The notes beneath the pieces were generated by a model. The model did not search any database. It was given only the letters and a program-made list of their open reading frames with translations, and was not told the origin of the DNA. A stretch of 64,000 bases of DNA from a virus. Every line of letters begins with the position of its first letter. Position 1 is the stretch's first letter. The position numbers and the translations under genes were made by a program. Shown here piece by piece: positions 47,199 to 58,200 of the stretch. The stretch lies in IMG/VR virus record IMGVR_UViG_3300009164_000056, positions 1 through 64,000 of that record. One strand, written 5' to 3'.

Positions 47199-49415
47199 GT
47201 GAAAGTAAACAAAATAAGTTTAATGCAAGAAGGAGGACAGAATACTGAACAAGTTGCAGCCCAGCCACAACAACAATCAGTAGATCCTGCTATACAACAA
47301 ATTTCAGATTATATTTCTCAAGCAATAGGTCAAGGACAGAATGCTGCGGAAGTTGTTATGGCTTTAGTTCAACAGCAAGTTGATCAACAAACTATTGGTC
47401 AAGCTTTAATGATGAATGGTTTTGAAGAAAATGATATTGCTTCTTTGTTTGAACAAATGAGTCAAGGTCAACAACCAGAAGAACAAGTTGGTGGTGAACC
47501 AATGCCTGTTGATCAATTAGATCAAACTTCACAACAATTAACTGAAAATGAAGACATGCATGCTGATGATATGTCAAAAGAAGAAACACAAGAACCCGGA
47601 ATGTCTATGGGTAAATCAGGAATAGAAATTAAACCTGAAAATGAAGGTAAGTTTACTAGATGGGCTCAAGCACGCGGAATGTCTGTGCAAGATGCTGCAA
47701 GTAAAGTTATGGCAAATAAAGATGAATATCCTCCAGCTGTAGTTAAGATGGCAAACTTTGCTAAGAACGCTGCTGGTTGGAAAAAAGAAGATGGTGGTGA
47801 ACAGTATGATATGGGTGGTACTCCTCAAGGTAAAGTAGGAGCAGTTAACAATGTATCTGTTAATAAAGATATGAATTGGCAACAAGCTCCTGTGTATATT
47901 AATCCAATGGCGTTTGAATATACTAATGATAACTTTAGTTTAGGTAAAGCAGCTGCTGTTGCTTATGGTGGTTATAAAGAATTTTTAAGTGGTGCAGATG
48001 AAAATAAAGATGGTGTCAAAGACGGATTCTTTAGAGATGGTTCAAAAAAAGCAGGGATAAGAGATGCCACTAAAGGTAATTATTATAATTATAAAATTAC
48101 CCAAGATGCTAATGATACAAATAAATACGTAGCAGACAATACAGATTTATTTAATGCATCAAAAGATAAAGGAAATTTAAGAACAATTGATCAATATGGT
48201 AAAGATGTAGCAAGTAATTCTAGATTTAATTATGATACTAAAACACATGATTATAATTCTATTATTAGCAGTAGACCTATAGATGAAAGAATTTATGACT
48301 CAGCTGCTCAAAAAAATGCAATAGCAGGTAAAGATTATAACTACTTAGCTAGCATGGATAAAGATACCAAAGCTATGATTATGAGTGGTAAAGATGATCC
48401 TACTGGAACTAGAATAGGTATTGATGAAAAAGGTAATGGTATGTCATATATGCCCGGTGCAGATAATCCATATGAGTATAATACATATATGGGTATTAAT
48501 AAAGTTGGTCAAAATACAATGATACCTACTGGAAACAATGGTCAACCCATAGCTGGTATGACTAATACTCAACCATCAGTATTGGCTGTTGCACCTTCTA
48601 CTACTCCACCTAATGTACCACAAAAATCATTTAAAGATTGGTATGTTACAGGAGATGCTGTAAGAAATCAAGGTAAAAATCAAGAACAACTTCAATCTGA
48701 GTATGACGCTTACCTTAAACAAGGATTTAAATATGGTGGTGACTTAGACAAAGCTCAAATGGGTCCTCCTGAATGGTTAGCTGGTTTAGCAAATCAAAAT
48801 TCATTTTATGATCCAATGCAACAACAAGGAATAAATAGTTTCTTTAGTAATATGGGTCAAACAGATTATATGTCAGATACACAAGCTGTAGCTGATGCTC
48901 AATTACAAAAACAAAATCCAGCATTAGGAGCAACTCCGCAACAACAACAAATGCAAAATATGTTTACTCCCCAACAAGGCAGTCCAACATTTAATGCACC
49001 AACAAAACCAGCTGCACCAACATTTGAACCACCAAAAGTAGAAAGAACAAATAAGTTTGAAGGTGGGATGAATAGACTAGCCGATAGTCCTGTAGTACAA
49101 GGTTATGGAAAATTGTCTAACTTTGCCGTTAAAGGTGCTGATGTTATTAATGATTGGTTTAGAGATAAAAATGTTAATCAAGCAAGAGAAGATAATTTTA
49201 ATAAATTAGGTGCTGATTATCAATATGCTACAGCAGAAGATCCTTTTAATAAAAGAGGAATGTGGGATGTTAATACTGGAACTGCAGGTAGTGAAGGAGA
49301 TAGAACAGTTGGTTTATACATGAGCAAATACGGTGGTGAAAACAATACTGTAAATGTTGATTCAAATATATTAGCAAAATTAATTGCAGCGGGAGCTGAC
49401 ATTGAAATATTATAA
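47199..49415 (+). CDS. Gln-rich putative internal virion (cargo) protein
   Basis: Low complexity; IEIKPENEGKFT...KMANFAKNAAGWKK module recalled from crAss-like phages; GTG start. Confidence 0.6.
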   Translation: MKVNKISLMQEGGQNTEQVAAQPQQQSVDPAIQQISDYISQAIGQGQNAAEVVMALVQQQVDQQTIGQALMMNGFEENDIASLFEQMSQGQQPEEQVGGEPMPVDQLDQTSQQLTENEDMHADDMSKEETQEPGMSMGKSGIEIKPENEGKFTRWAQARGMSVQDAASKVMANKDEYPPAVVKMANFAKNAAGWKKEDGGEQYDMGGTPQGKVGAVNNVSVNKDMNWQQAPVYINPMAFEYTNDNFSLGKAAAVAYGGYKEFLSGADENKDGVKDGFFRDGSKKAGIRDATKGNYYNYKITQDANDTNKYVADNTDLFNASKDKGNLRTIDQYGKDVASNSRFNYDTKTHDYNSIISSRPIDERIYDSAAQKNAIAGKDYNYLASMDKDTKAMIMSGKDDPTGTRIGIDEKGNGMSYMPGADNPYEYNTYMGINKVGQNTMIPTGNNGQPIAGMTNTQPSVLAVAPSTTPPNVPQKSFKDWYVTGDAVRNQGKNQEQLQSEYDAYLKQGFKYGGDLDKAQMGPPEWLAGLANQNSFYDPMQQQGINSFFSNMGQTDYMSDTQAVADAQLQKQNPALGATPQQQQMQNMFTPQQGSPTFNAPTKPAAPTFEPPKVERTNKFEGGMNRLADSPVVQGYGKLSNFAVKGADVINDWFRDKNVNQAREDNFNKLGADYQYATAEDPFNKRGMWDVNTGTAGSEGDRTVGLYMSKYGGENNTVNVDSNILAKLIAAGADIEIL

Positions 49416-49417
49416 CT

Positions 49418-51973
49418 ATGGCAAAAATTAAAATAAATAGTTTACCTGCAGGCTTTAAATTAGTTAATGGTAAAATAGAAGAAGATCAAATAATGAAAGA
49501 AGGTGGCTATGTAACTGGTGACCAAGCTGGTTATGGATTAGTTACTCTACCACAGGAGTATTATAATAATGCTAATATAAATACTACAAGAGATGAATCT
49601 GTAAGATATAGTTTATCTGGCGTACCTAGGGACAAAGCAAACATTGAAGCTGAAGGTGGTGAAACTGTGTTAACTGATTTAAACAATGACAATCAATTTG
49701 GTCTATATAATATAACTGGACCAAGACACTCTAAAGGTGGTGTGCCAATGTTTTTACCAGAACAATCTTTTATTTATTCTGATACAGATAAAATGAGATT
49801 TAATCAAGAAGAATTAGCTGAGTATGGTATTGAAACCAAATTAAAAATGACTCCTGCTCAAGTATCTAAAAAATATGATCTTAATAAATACTATGGTGCT
49901 ATGAAAGATCAATTTGCAGATGATATAACTTCACGTAGTTCTGAAATAATGTTAAAGAAAAATATGATGGGATTATCTAAATTAGCATTTGGTCAAGAAC
50001 TTAAAAAGAAATTTGAAGATGGTGTGCCTTTAGCGGCTCATCCATACTTAGTTTCTATTGGAGAAGATCCAATTGAGTTTACTGCAAAAGTAGAAAACAT
50101 TACTAAGAAGCAAGCTCAGATGAAAGCATTTGCTGCTTTGTCTCCTGAACAACAACAACAATTATTACAGTTGCAAGAAATGATGGCTCAAGTTGATGGT
50201 CAACAACCTCAACAACAAGAACAATCTTTTGAAGATCCTTCAATGCAAGATCCTGGTATGCAAGAACAACAATTAGCTATGGCTGATCAAGATGTTATGG
50301 CTATGGGTGAAGAAGGAATGGCAAGATATGGTAGAGAAATTGGAATGTACCAAGATGGTAAAGAAAAACCTGTTAATCCTTTTCCTAAAGATGATCCTAA
50401 TTATGCTAAGGTTCAAGAAATGATTGACTCTGGTAAATATGAAATGACTAAAGGAGCTGTTGTAAATGGTAAACAGATGTATAAATTTAAAGAAATTTCA
50501 ACTGAAGATCCTAAATTTAAAGCAGATAAAGAAGCTCAACTAAAAAAAGAAAAAATTTCAGGCAAAGATCAAAAAGGACAAGGATCAACATCAATTTATG
50601 AAGAAGGTATTTCTGGTCAAGAACGAGCAATAAATGAAAGTCCTATTGGTTATTATATACCTGGTAGATTATCACAAGGTACTAGACCTTCATTTCAAAA
50701 TAAAGCAAGTGATAAAGCATATGGTTCAGCTGATATTGCAACTCCAGAATCACAAGCAGATTTTGAAGCTAGATGGAGTGATGTTATAGCACAAATACCT
50801 GGATTTGATTATAATAAACCTTTACCTAAAAATGCTAAAGGTGAAACATTAGCAGATCCTCAATGGACTCAGTTTCAAAAATTAGCAGAAGAAACAAGAA
50901 GAAAAGAACATATTGCTGCATTTGGAAATGATAAAGATTATGTACCATACTTTAAAGATAAAATAATAAAAGATGAAGACAAAGGAAAAGGTTTTGATGG
51001 TAAGATAGGATTGCATACTTATAATGCTCCACGTTTTAAACTAAATCCAGTAAAACCCGGTGATGTTGAATTTGGTCTTGATATACCAGAACCAAAAAGA
51101 CCAGATCTAGAAATTACTCCAATTAAAGAGTATATACAACCTGAAGGACAATGGTGGGCACAAGATGTTAATAACTTAAATGCTTTAAGTTTAGTTGATG
51201 ATAATTTGTATTTACCATGGGCACCAGATGCTGCACCTGCTAAAATAGATTATGTATTAGATGATTGGAGAAGTAATGCTAATGCAAATTTAGCAGCTGC
51301 AAATACTATGGCCGGAGCATTAGGTGCTGCCGGTGGACCACAAGCTGTAGCTACTTCAAACATTCAGGGTACTGCACTTGAAGGTATTGCTCAAGGTATT
51401 AATAGAGTCAATACTAATAATGTTGGCATAATGAATCAAGTAGCTCCAATGCAAGCACAATTAGATATGCAAGTTAATGGTATTAACCAAGCTAGGAATA
51501 CTAAAGTTTATGATGATACTCAAAAAACATTGCAGAATCATGACAACTTTAAAAATTGGAAGATTGGTAAAGAAGCAGAACTCTTTAATACAGCACTTAC
51601 TAATAGAGCTAATACATATAATTTAAATTCAACTTATGATAATTATTCAATTGATCCTACAACAGGTGGTCCTATTTATTATAAAAATAGTAAAGCCTTG
51701 CAGAAAGTTGGAAAAGAACCTGATAGACAAAAAATACTATTAGATTCATATGCTGAACTAAAGAAAAATTTAGGACCAGATCAAAAGGTTGATTTAGATT
51801 TCTTAAAAATGTATATGGGCATGAGTCCATCTGCTAACACTGATATAACTAATGCTCAATTAGAAATGCAAAAAAGAGGTACGCCAATGGGATATCCACA
51901 AGCTCAACTTAAATCAGGAAAAGAAATAAAAAGGATGGTAGTACCATTCTACACAGGAAAGATGGGAGCATAA
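49418..51973 (+). CDS. putative internal virion (cargo/ejection) protein
   Basis: NIEAEGGETV...GPRHSKGGV module; position between the muzzle gene and the giant gene. Confidence 0.6.
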   Translation: MAKIKINSLPAGFKLVNGKIEEDQIMKEGGYVTGDQAGYGLVTLPQEYYNNANINTTRDESVRYSLSGVPRDKANIEAEGGETVLTDLNNDNQFGLYNITGPRHSKGGVPMFLPEQSFIYSDTDKMRFNQEELAEYGIETKLKMTPAQVSKKYDLNKYYGAMKDQFADDITSRSSEIMLKKNMMGLSKLAFGQELKKKFEDGVPLAAHPYLVSIGEDPIEFTAKVENITKKQAQMKAFAALSPEQQQQLLQLQEMMAQVDGQQPQQQEQSFEDPSMQDPGMQEQQLAMADQDVMAMGEEGMARYGREIGMYQDGKEKPVNPFPKDDPNYAKVQEMIDSGKYEMTKGAVVNGKQMYKFKEISTEDPKFKADKEAQLKKEKISGKDQKGQGSTSIYEEGISGQERAINESPIGYYIPGRLSQGTRPSFQNKASDKAYGSADIATPESQADFEARWSDVIAQIPGFDYNKPLPKNAKGETLADPQWTQFQKLAEETRRKEHIAAFGNDKDYVPYFKDKIIKDEDKGKGFDGKIGLHTYNAPRFKLNPVKPGDVEFGLDIPEPKRPDLEITPIKEYIQPEGQWWAQDVNNLNALSLVDDNLYLPWAPDAAPAKIDYVLDDWRSNANANLAAANTMAGALGAAGGPQAVATSNIQGTALEGIAQGINRVNTNNVGIMNQVAPMQAQLDMQVNGINQARNTKVYDDTQKTLQNHDNFKNWKIGKEAELFNTALTNRANTYNLNSTYDNYSIDPTTGGPIYYKNSKALQKVGKEPDRQKILLDSYAELKKNLGPDQKVDLDFLKMYMGMSPSANTDITNAQLEMQKRGTPMGYPQAQLKSGKEIKRMVVPFYTGKMGA

Positions 51974-52032
51974 ACTTAAAAAGTTTTATGATTTATCTTG
52001 TTAAACTTAATAAATTTTAGTAATTTACAATT

Positions 52033-55000
52033 ATGGCAACATACGTACCAGGAGTAGAAACATATTTACCAGACATTAAACCGTTTACACCAGACTATAA
52101 ATTTTTGTCTGCTGTACTTGATATAAGACAGGATAAATATAACACTAATTGGAAGGCAACTAATGACCTTTACAATAAAATAGTCTATGCAGATTTGTCT
52201 AGAACAGATACCAAAGAACAAAGAGATCAATATATAAATCAATTAGCTCCATCTTTAGAGAAGATCTCAGGGATGGATTTATCATTGGCACAAAATGTAG
52301 ATGCTGCTAAATCAGTATTTGCACCATTCTTTGAAGATGATTTAATAGTAAGTGATATTATGCATACCACTAACTATAGAAAAGAAATGGATTATGCAAA
52401 TAGACTTATTGATTCTCCTGATCAAAAGCAAAGAGAAAAGTATTCTCAAGATGGGGTAAAAGGTTTACAATACCACATGGAGGACTTTATAAATGCTGCT
52501 CCTGATAAAGCAATGAAAATGGGGTTACCTAAATTTACTGAAGATGCTGATTTAATAGAATTATCACAAGAGGTTTTAGGTGCAATGAAACCACCTTTGA
52601 AAATGAAGGTAGATCATTATGGTGTAAATCCTGATGGTTCAGTAAATACTGATTGGATTATTACAGAACAAAATGGTAATTTAGTTACTGGTCCTGCATT
52701 ACAATATATTCAGAAAGCTTTATTAGATGATCCAAGAGTTGTAAGACATTATCAAAATCAAGCGTTTGTAAGAGGTAGAGATTTTGCTGCAGAAGGTATG
52801 GCCAGCGGAATGTTTACTAGTAAAGAAGAAGGTCAAGCTGCTTGGGCATCTGAAACTATCAATAGAATAAATAAACAAAATGAGTACTATGTAAAGAAAG
52901 ACATTAAAGCTTTAGCGTTAGCTCAAGATGTGAATGTTAGATGGGATAACTATCAAGCTTCTAATGGTATTGTTCCAGGTTCTGATGATGAAAAAGCAAT
53001 GCTTGGACAACGTTCATCTTATGAAGCTACTAAAGCAGCTTTAGATGCAAAGTTAAATATTCAGAAAACAGCTAATGCACCCGTTAAAGATTTTGAAGGT
53101 ACATTGAATAAAGCTTATAATCTTTTAATGCAGAATAACATATCTAAAGATATGCAAGCTGCTGCTCAAGCATATGGTGCTAGAGATATGGAGTATACAA
53201 TGAAGGTTAATGACTATGCTAAACAAAGAAAAGATTTTGAATATGACTTAGCTAAAATTGAAAGACAACATCAAAATGCAATTGAGTTAGCTAATGTTAA
53301 AGGTCAAATTGATTTTGATTTAGCTAAAGCAAAAGGAGAAATTCCAACTGAAAACCCTTTACTAAAGGCATTATTAAATGGTGCACCTACTGTTGGTGGT
53401 GCTCAAAATTCAAATTATCCAGTTGGTCCTGATGGATTAGCAGATAAAAATACAAATATGTATTTAATGGCAAGCAAAGAGTATGGTGAATTAAGAACTC
53501 CAGTTAGAGAGAAACAACTTGATGCTGCTACTAGTGTATTAACATTTTTAAATCCTGCGGGAGAAATAGATAATGCTGGTAAACCTACACAAAAATATAC
53601 AGTAAAAGTAGAGGGTCAAAATTTTACAGGAACAATTGATCAAATAAAAAATAAGCTTGGTACTAAAAATACAGATGGTACTTTTAAGTATAGAACAGAT
53701 ATAGATGATTTATATCAACAACAATCTGCAATATTGAATGATCCAAAACAAATGGCTAAGTATCCTGGTAAAGCTAAGACAGATACTTATAAAAATTTGT
53801 ATGCACAAATATATTCTGATCAAGGAATTAATAATCAAGTTCAAGTACTTGATCAAACAATTAATACTTTAACAACTAAGTATAAAAAAACACATGATGG
53901 AGTTGTAGAGTTAGTTAAAGGTGAAGATAGTAAGGTTAAAGAGTTAATGGAAAAAGGAGGGATGCCCGGTATATTTGAAACAACAGCATCTGGTTTTAAT
54001 CAAGAACTTTCTAAATCAGAATATATTGCTAAAGTAGCAAAATTAGCATCACAAGGAAAAGTAAAAAATATAGATCTTCCAGGATGGGATACTGGTACAA
54101 GTAATAGTAATTATATGCATACTGTTACAAAAGGTACCGGTGAATATTATTCAACTAGAGATGGTGAAGGTGGTAGTATACAAAAAGAAAGACAGACAAC
54201 TGTTACTGAATTAGATATGAGTGCTATTGAAGCTGAAGCAGGCAGGGTATATGATGCAATTAAAACAAAAAGTAATAGTGCTTTAACGGGGCATCTTGGT
54301 AATAAGTTTGAAACTGCAACTTATAAAGGTCTTTTATTTGGAAAAACAGGTGCTTCTGAAATAACTACAGCACCAGTTTATAGATCTGTTGTTGATCCTT
54401 TAGTTGCTTCCTCAGAAGGTCAAACTACCTTAGCTCAAATGGTAACGCAAAAGAATATGTTAGATTCACAAGGTGGTGGTTATTCAATAGTCCTTGGTAA
54501 TTTATCAGATAAAAAAGATGCTAAATCTATAGGTAATGATGCATTGGCTGCTAAAGCTTACAATGCTTATATAGCTGATATGACAACATGGTTAGGTAAT
54601 CCTAAACGTAGTAATGATGCAGGTAATTCTCCAAGAGCAACTATTACATATTCTGGTACATTGGGTGCTACAGGAGACGGAAATAAAACCACAGCCGGAT
54701 ATACTATTGATGGATTTAATGAATGGCTATCTAGTAAAGTTAAAGGTTCAGTAACAGAATCAAGTGGTGCTGCAGGTGAATATGGTTTATTTAGCAAATC
54801 AGAAGTAGAACAATTACGTAATGGAATTAGTATGGTGTTTGATAAAGGACAAGATATTAATCCTAGATCTAGTAATAGACAATACTATTCTAAAACATTA
54901 GCGGCTGTTGAAGCTAGTCCTGACAAATATGTAGAATATAATTATGGTGGAGTAGATGGTATGACACCAACTGGAACATATAGAATTGTTAAAACAGGAA

Positions 55001-55224
55001 CAGATCAGTTTTATGCTACATATAAATATAATACTTATCAACCTAATGGAACATATACCACAAGTGATTGGCAACAAATTCCTATAGAAATGGGTTCTTT
55101 TAATGCAGCTCAATCAATTGATGCGCAAGTACAAAAAATGAAAGAAACATTTGAAATTAAAAGACAAATGAACTTAGATGATTATAATAAAAACTCTGCT
55201 GTTAACGGAAGAAAAAATAAATAA
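52033..55224 (+). CDS. large putative ejection protein
   Basis: 1063 aa, helical, directly upstream of the giant ORF. Confidence 0.6.
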   Translation: MATYVPGVETYLPDIKPFTPDYKFLSAVLDIRQDKYNTNWKATNDLYNKIVYADLSRTDTKEQRDQYINQLAPSLEKISGMDLSLAQNVDAAKSVFAPFFEDDLIVSDIMHTTNYRKEMDYANRLIDSPDQKQREKYSQDGVKGLQYHMEDFINAAPDKAMKMGLPKFTEDADLIELSQEVLGAMKPPLKMKVDHYGVNPDGSVNTDWIITEQNGNLVTGPALQYIQKALLDDPRVVRHYQNQAFVRGRDFAAEGMASGMFTSKEEGQAAWASETINRINKQNEYYVKKDIKALALAQDVNVRWDNYQASNGIVPGSDDEKAMLGQRSSYEATKAALDAKLNIQKTANAPVKDFEGTLNKAYNLLMQNNISKDMQAAAQAYGARDMEYTMKVNDYAKQRKDFEYDLAKIERQHQNAIELANVKGQIDFDLAKAKGEIPTENPLLKALLNGAPTVGGAQNSNYPVGPDGLADKNTNMYLMASKEYGELRTPVREKQLDAATSVLTFLNPAGEIDNAGKPTQKYTVKVEGQNFTGTIDQIKNKLGTKNTDGTFKYRTDIDDLYQQQSAILNDPKQMAKYPGKAKTDTYKNLYAQIYSDQGINNQVQVLDQTINTLTTKYKKTHDGVVELVKGEDSKVKELMEKGGMPGIFETTASGFNQELSKSEYIAKVAKLASQGKVKNIDLPGWDTGTSNSNYMHTVTKGTGEYYSTRDGEGGSIQKERQTTVTELDMSAIEAEAGRVYDAIKTKSNSALTGHLGNKFETATYKGLLFGKTGASEITTAPVYRSVVDPLVASSEGQTTLAQMVTQKNMLDSQGGGYSIVLGNLSDKKDAKSIGNDALAAKAYNAYIADMTTWLGNPKRSNDAGNSPRATITYSGTLGATGDGNKTTAGYTIDGFNEWLSSKVKGSVTESSGAAGEYGLFSKSEVEQLRNGISMVFDKGQDINPRSSNRQYYSKTLAAVEASPDKYVEYNYGGVDGMTPTGTYRIVKTGTDQFYATYKYNTYQPNGTYTTSDWQQIPIEMGSFNAAQSIDAQVQKMKETFEIKRQMNLDDYNKNSAVNGRKNK

Positions 55225-55261
55225 TCACTACATTTACAAAAAATAATTCAGGTACTAATAC

Positions 55262-58200
55262 ATGGAAAATCAAGTTGAAAATAACAGTTTAGATCAAACA
55301 ATTTTGAATAATCAGGTTACAGAAAATGTTATCCCAAAAGATAATTCATTTCAACCTGTAATGGATATGTTTGATAGTGAAGAAAATAATGCTCTTATGA
55401 GCAGAATGGATTTAGCCCAATTACAACAACTTGATGCATTAAAACCATTAATTGATAGTACCGGAATTAGAGCTAATGGAAATGCTGCTGCAAGAAGACC
55501 TACATTATCTTCTAATACCTTTGATCCTGTTCTTCAACAAAATCCTCCTAACTTAAATGAGCCAGGTGGATTTGAAAGAATGATGGAACAAAATGTAAAA
55601 ACTGGTTTTCAACAACAACAAAAAAGTATTAAACCAGGAACTGGTGTAGCTGCACCTGCTTTTACAGGAATGGTTCAAAGTAATTTCATGCGTTATTATG
55701 AGCATCCTGAATTTCAAAAATTAGGATGGAAACCATTTGCAGATAATGAAGCATACTATAATGCTAACTCAACCATCTATGATGATATGAGTAGAATGTG
55801 GGGTCAGTTTGGTAGTTTAGCAGGAACAGGATTTATGGGTGGTTATAGATCTATAGGATCTATGTTTACTGGTGAGTCAATGGTAACAGATTTAAAATCT
55901 GCAAATGAGTTTGAGGATGCAATGGCAATTGGTAACTCAAGTAGAGGTGGTGCATTAGCTTGGACTAATAACTTATTATTAAATTCAGCATATACTGTTG
56001 GTATTATAGGTTCTATTGCTGCAGAAGAGTTAGCATTAGCTGCTTTAGAAGTAGGAACATTTGGTGGTGCAACTCCCCTAGTAGCTGCAAGAACTACAGC
56101 CAATGCAGCAAGATTAGCAAGAGCTGTTGGTCAAGCTACTACTGTTGGTAGATTATATAGTGCTGGTAGAGGAATGATGACTACATTAAAAGGTCTTGAT
56201 GCAGCAAAAGATTTTTGGTCTGTTGCTAGAGCTGGTGGTAAAATGACAGCCGGATTATTTGCACCTGAAACATTAGCTGCTGTCAAAAGATTAAAGACTA
56301 CAGAAGTAGTTGCACAAAACTTAACTAATATGGCTAAAGCATCTGAGTATGCTGGTTCATTTTATAGAGATGTAAGAGCTTTAAATTTAGCATTATCAGA
56401 AAGTAAACTTGAAGGAGGTATGGTCTATAATCAATTGATTAAAGACGGTATGGATATTAAGTTTGCTGAAAATAATGGAGGTCCTGTTACTACAGAACAA
56501 GTTGCAGACATTCAGAATAATGCACACAAAGCTGCATTTGCAACTACAATGACAAACATGCCTGTGATATACTTGACTAATAAATTAGTTTTGGGTAATT
56601 CATTAGGCGGTTTTAATAAATCATTAGGTAGAGTATTTAATGAACAAGCAAAAGGTATTGGTAGCAGAATTATTAAAACTGCACAGACTGTTGGTAAAGA
56701 TGGTGTAAAATCACTATCTCCATTTAAAGATGCTGGTACAGGACTTAAAGGATTAATTACAACAATTGGTAATGCAGGAGTTAAAGGTAACCTGACAAAA
56801 TTAGGTCAAGGATCATTAAGATATTTTGCTGCAAATTTAGGAGAAGGTGTACAAGAACTTTCCCAAGAAGCTATTTCTGCTGGTACTAAAAATTATTATA
56901 CTTCTTTATTAAAGGATCCAATGAATGGAGGACCTGAATTGTTTAATGCTTCAGTCAAAGCTGGAATAGGAGAACAATTTTCAGCTCAAGGTTTTGATGT
57001 GTTTATGTCAGGATTTTTAATGGGTGGTGTAGTTTCTGGACCACAAAAATTATTTTTTCAAGGTGTACCTGCTTTATATCAAAGAGTTGCAAATCCAGAA
57101 AAGTATGCTGAGTATAAACAAAACAAAGAAGACTATATTAAATCTGTAGTTGATACTTATAATGCTGTTTGGAATACACAAGCAGAAGATCCAAATGCAA
57201 TGTTTGATCCTAAGAAATATAATTTCTTACAACAAAAAGCAGCAGCAACTGGTAAAACACTAGCATCTATTGCTAATGATCAATTTGATTTTATTGATGA
57301 AACAGATTTTGCTAAGTTTCAACAGATTCATACTGTATTAAGTACAGGTGGTGCTGCTTTATTTCAAGATCAATTAGTTGATTATATGAAAATGTCTGAT
57401 GAAGATTTAGCTACAGCTTTTCCTTCAAGCAAAAAAGATATTAAAAATGGAAAGATTAGAGAACGTCTTCAAAGTATGGTTAATCAAATTGACAAAACTG
57501 AAGATGTATATCAACAATCTAAAGATAGAAATCCAAATCCATTTATGCCTGAAGCTTATGAAAGAGGTTCAAGACAATGGACAGAAGAAACAATAAAGAA
57601 AGTTGCATTTGAACATGCAAGATATCTTTATATGTTTACTCAAGATGGATTTACTAGAGCATTGGAAAGATCAAATAGTATATATCAAAGTTTAACATCT
57701 GATCCATTGTTTGATAAAATGGCAGCAAGTGATTTAACTGTATTGTTAGATCAAGATTCTATTGATAAAGAAATACAAATGTTAACTGAAGAAGCTATTG
57801 TTTTATCAGGAGACAAAATTAATGAAAGCAAAGTAAAACAAAAGACAGAAAGAATAGAAAGACTATCTGCATTTAAAAATGTATTACTAGAAAATCAAAC
57901 TAAAGATGGTTCTTTTGATAAAAGAAAAATGGGCCTACTTAGAAATGAATTTGAAAAGTATGTTAAACACATGGCTAATCAATCTGGTACATTTGTAAAT
58001 AAAGAAAATATTGATGCTGCATTAAAACAAATTATAGATTATACTGCATTAAAAGGTAGAGCCAAGGTATATGATAAAACAATTGAGTATTTGAATGATC
58101 CTCAAAAGTTTGATCTAGTATTTGAAAGAACTGCTGAAGTATTGAAAGAACAATATAAAAACAGAAAATCAATATTTGAACAACAAGTACGTGATTACGT

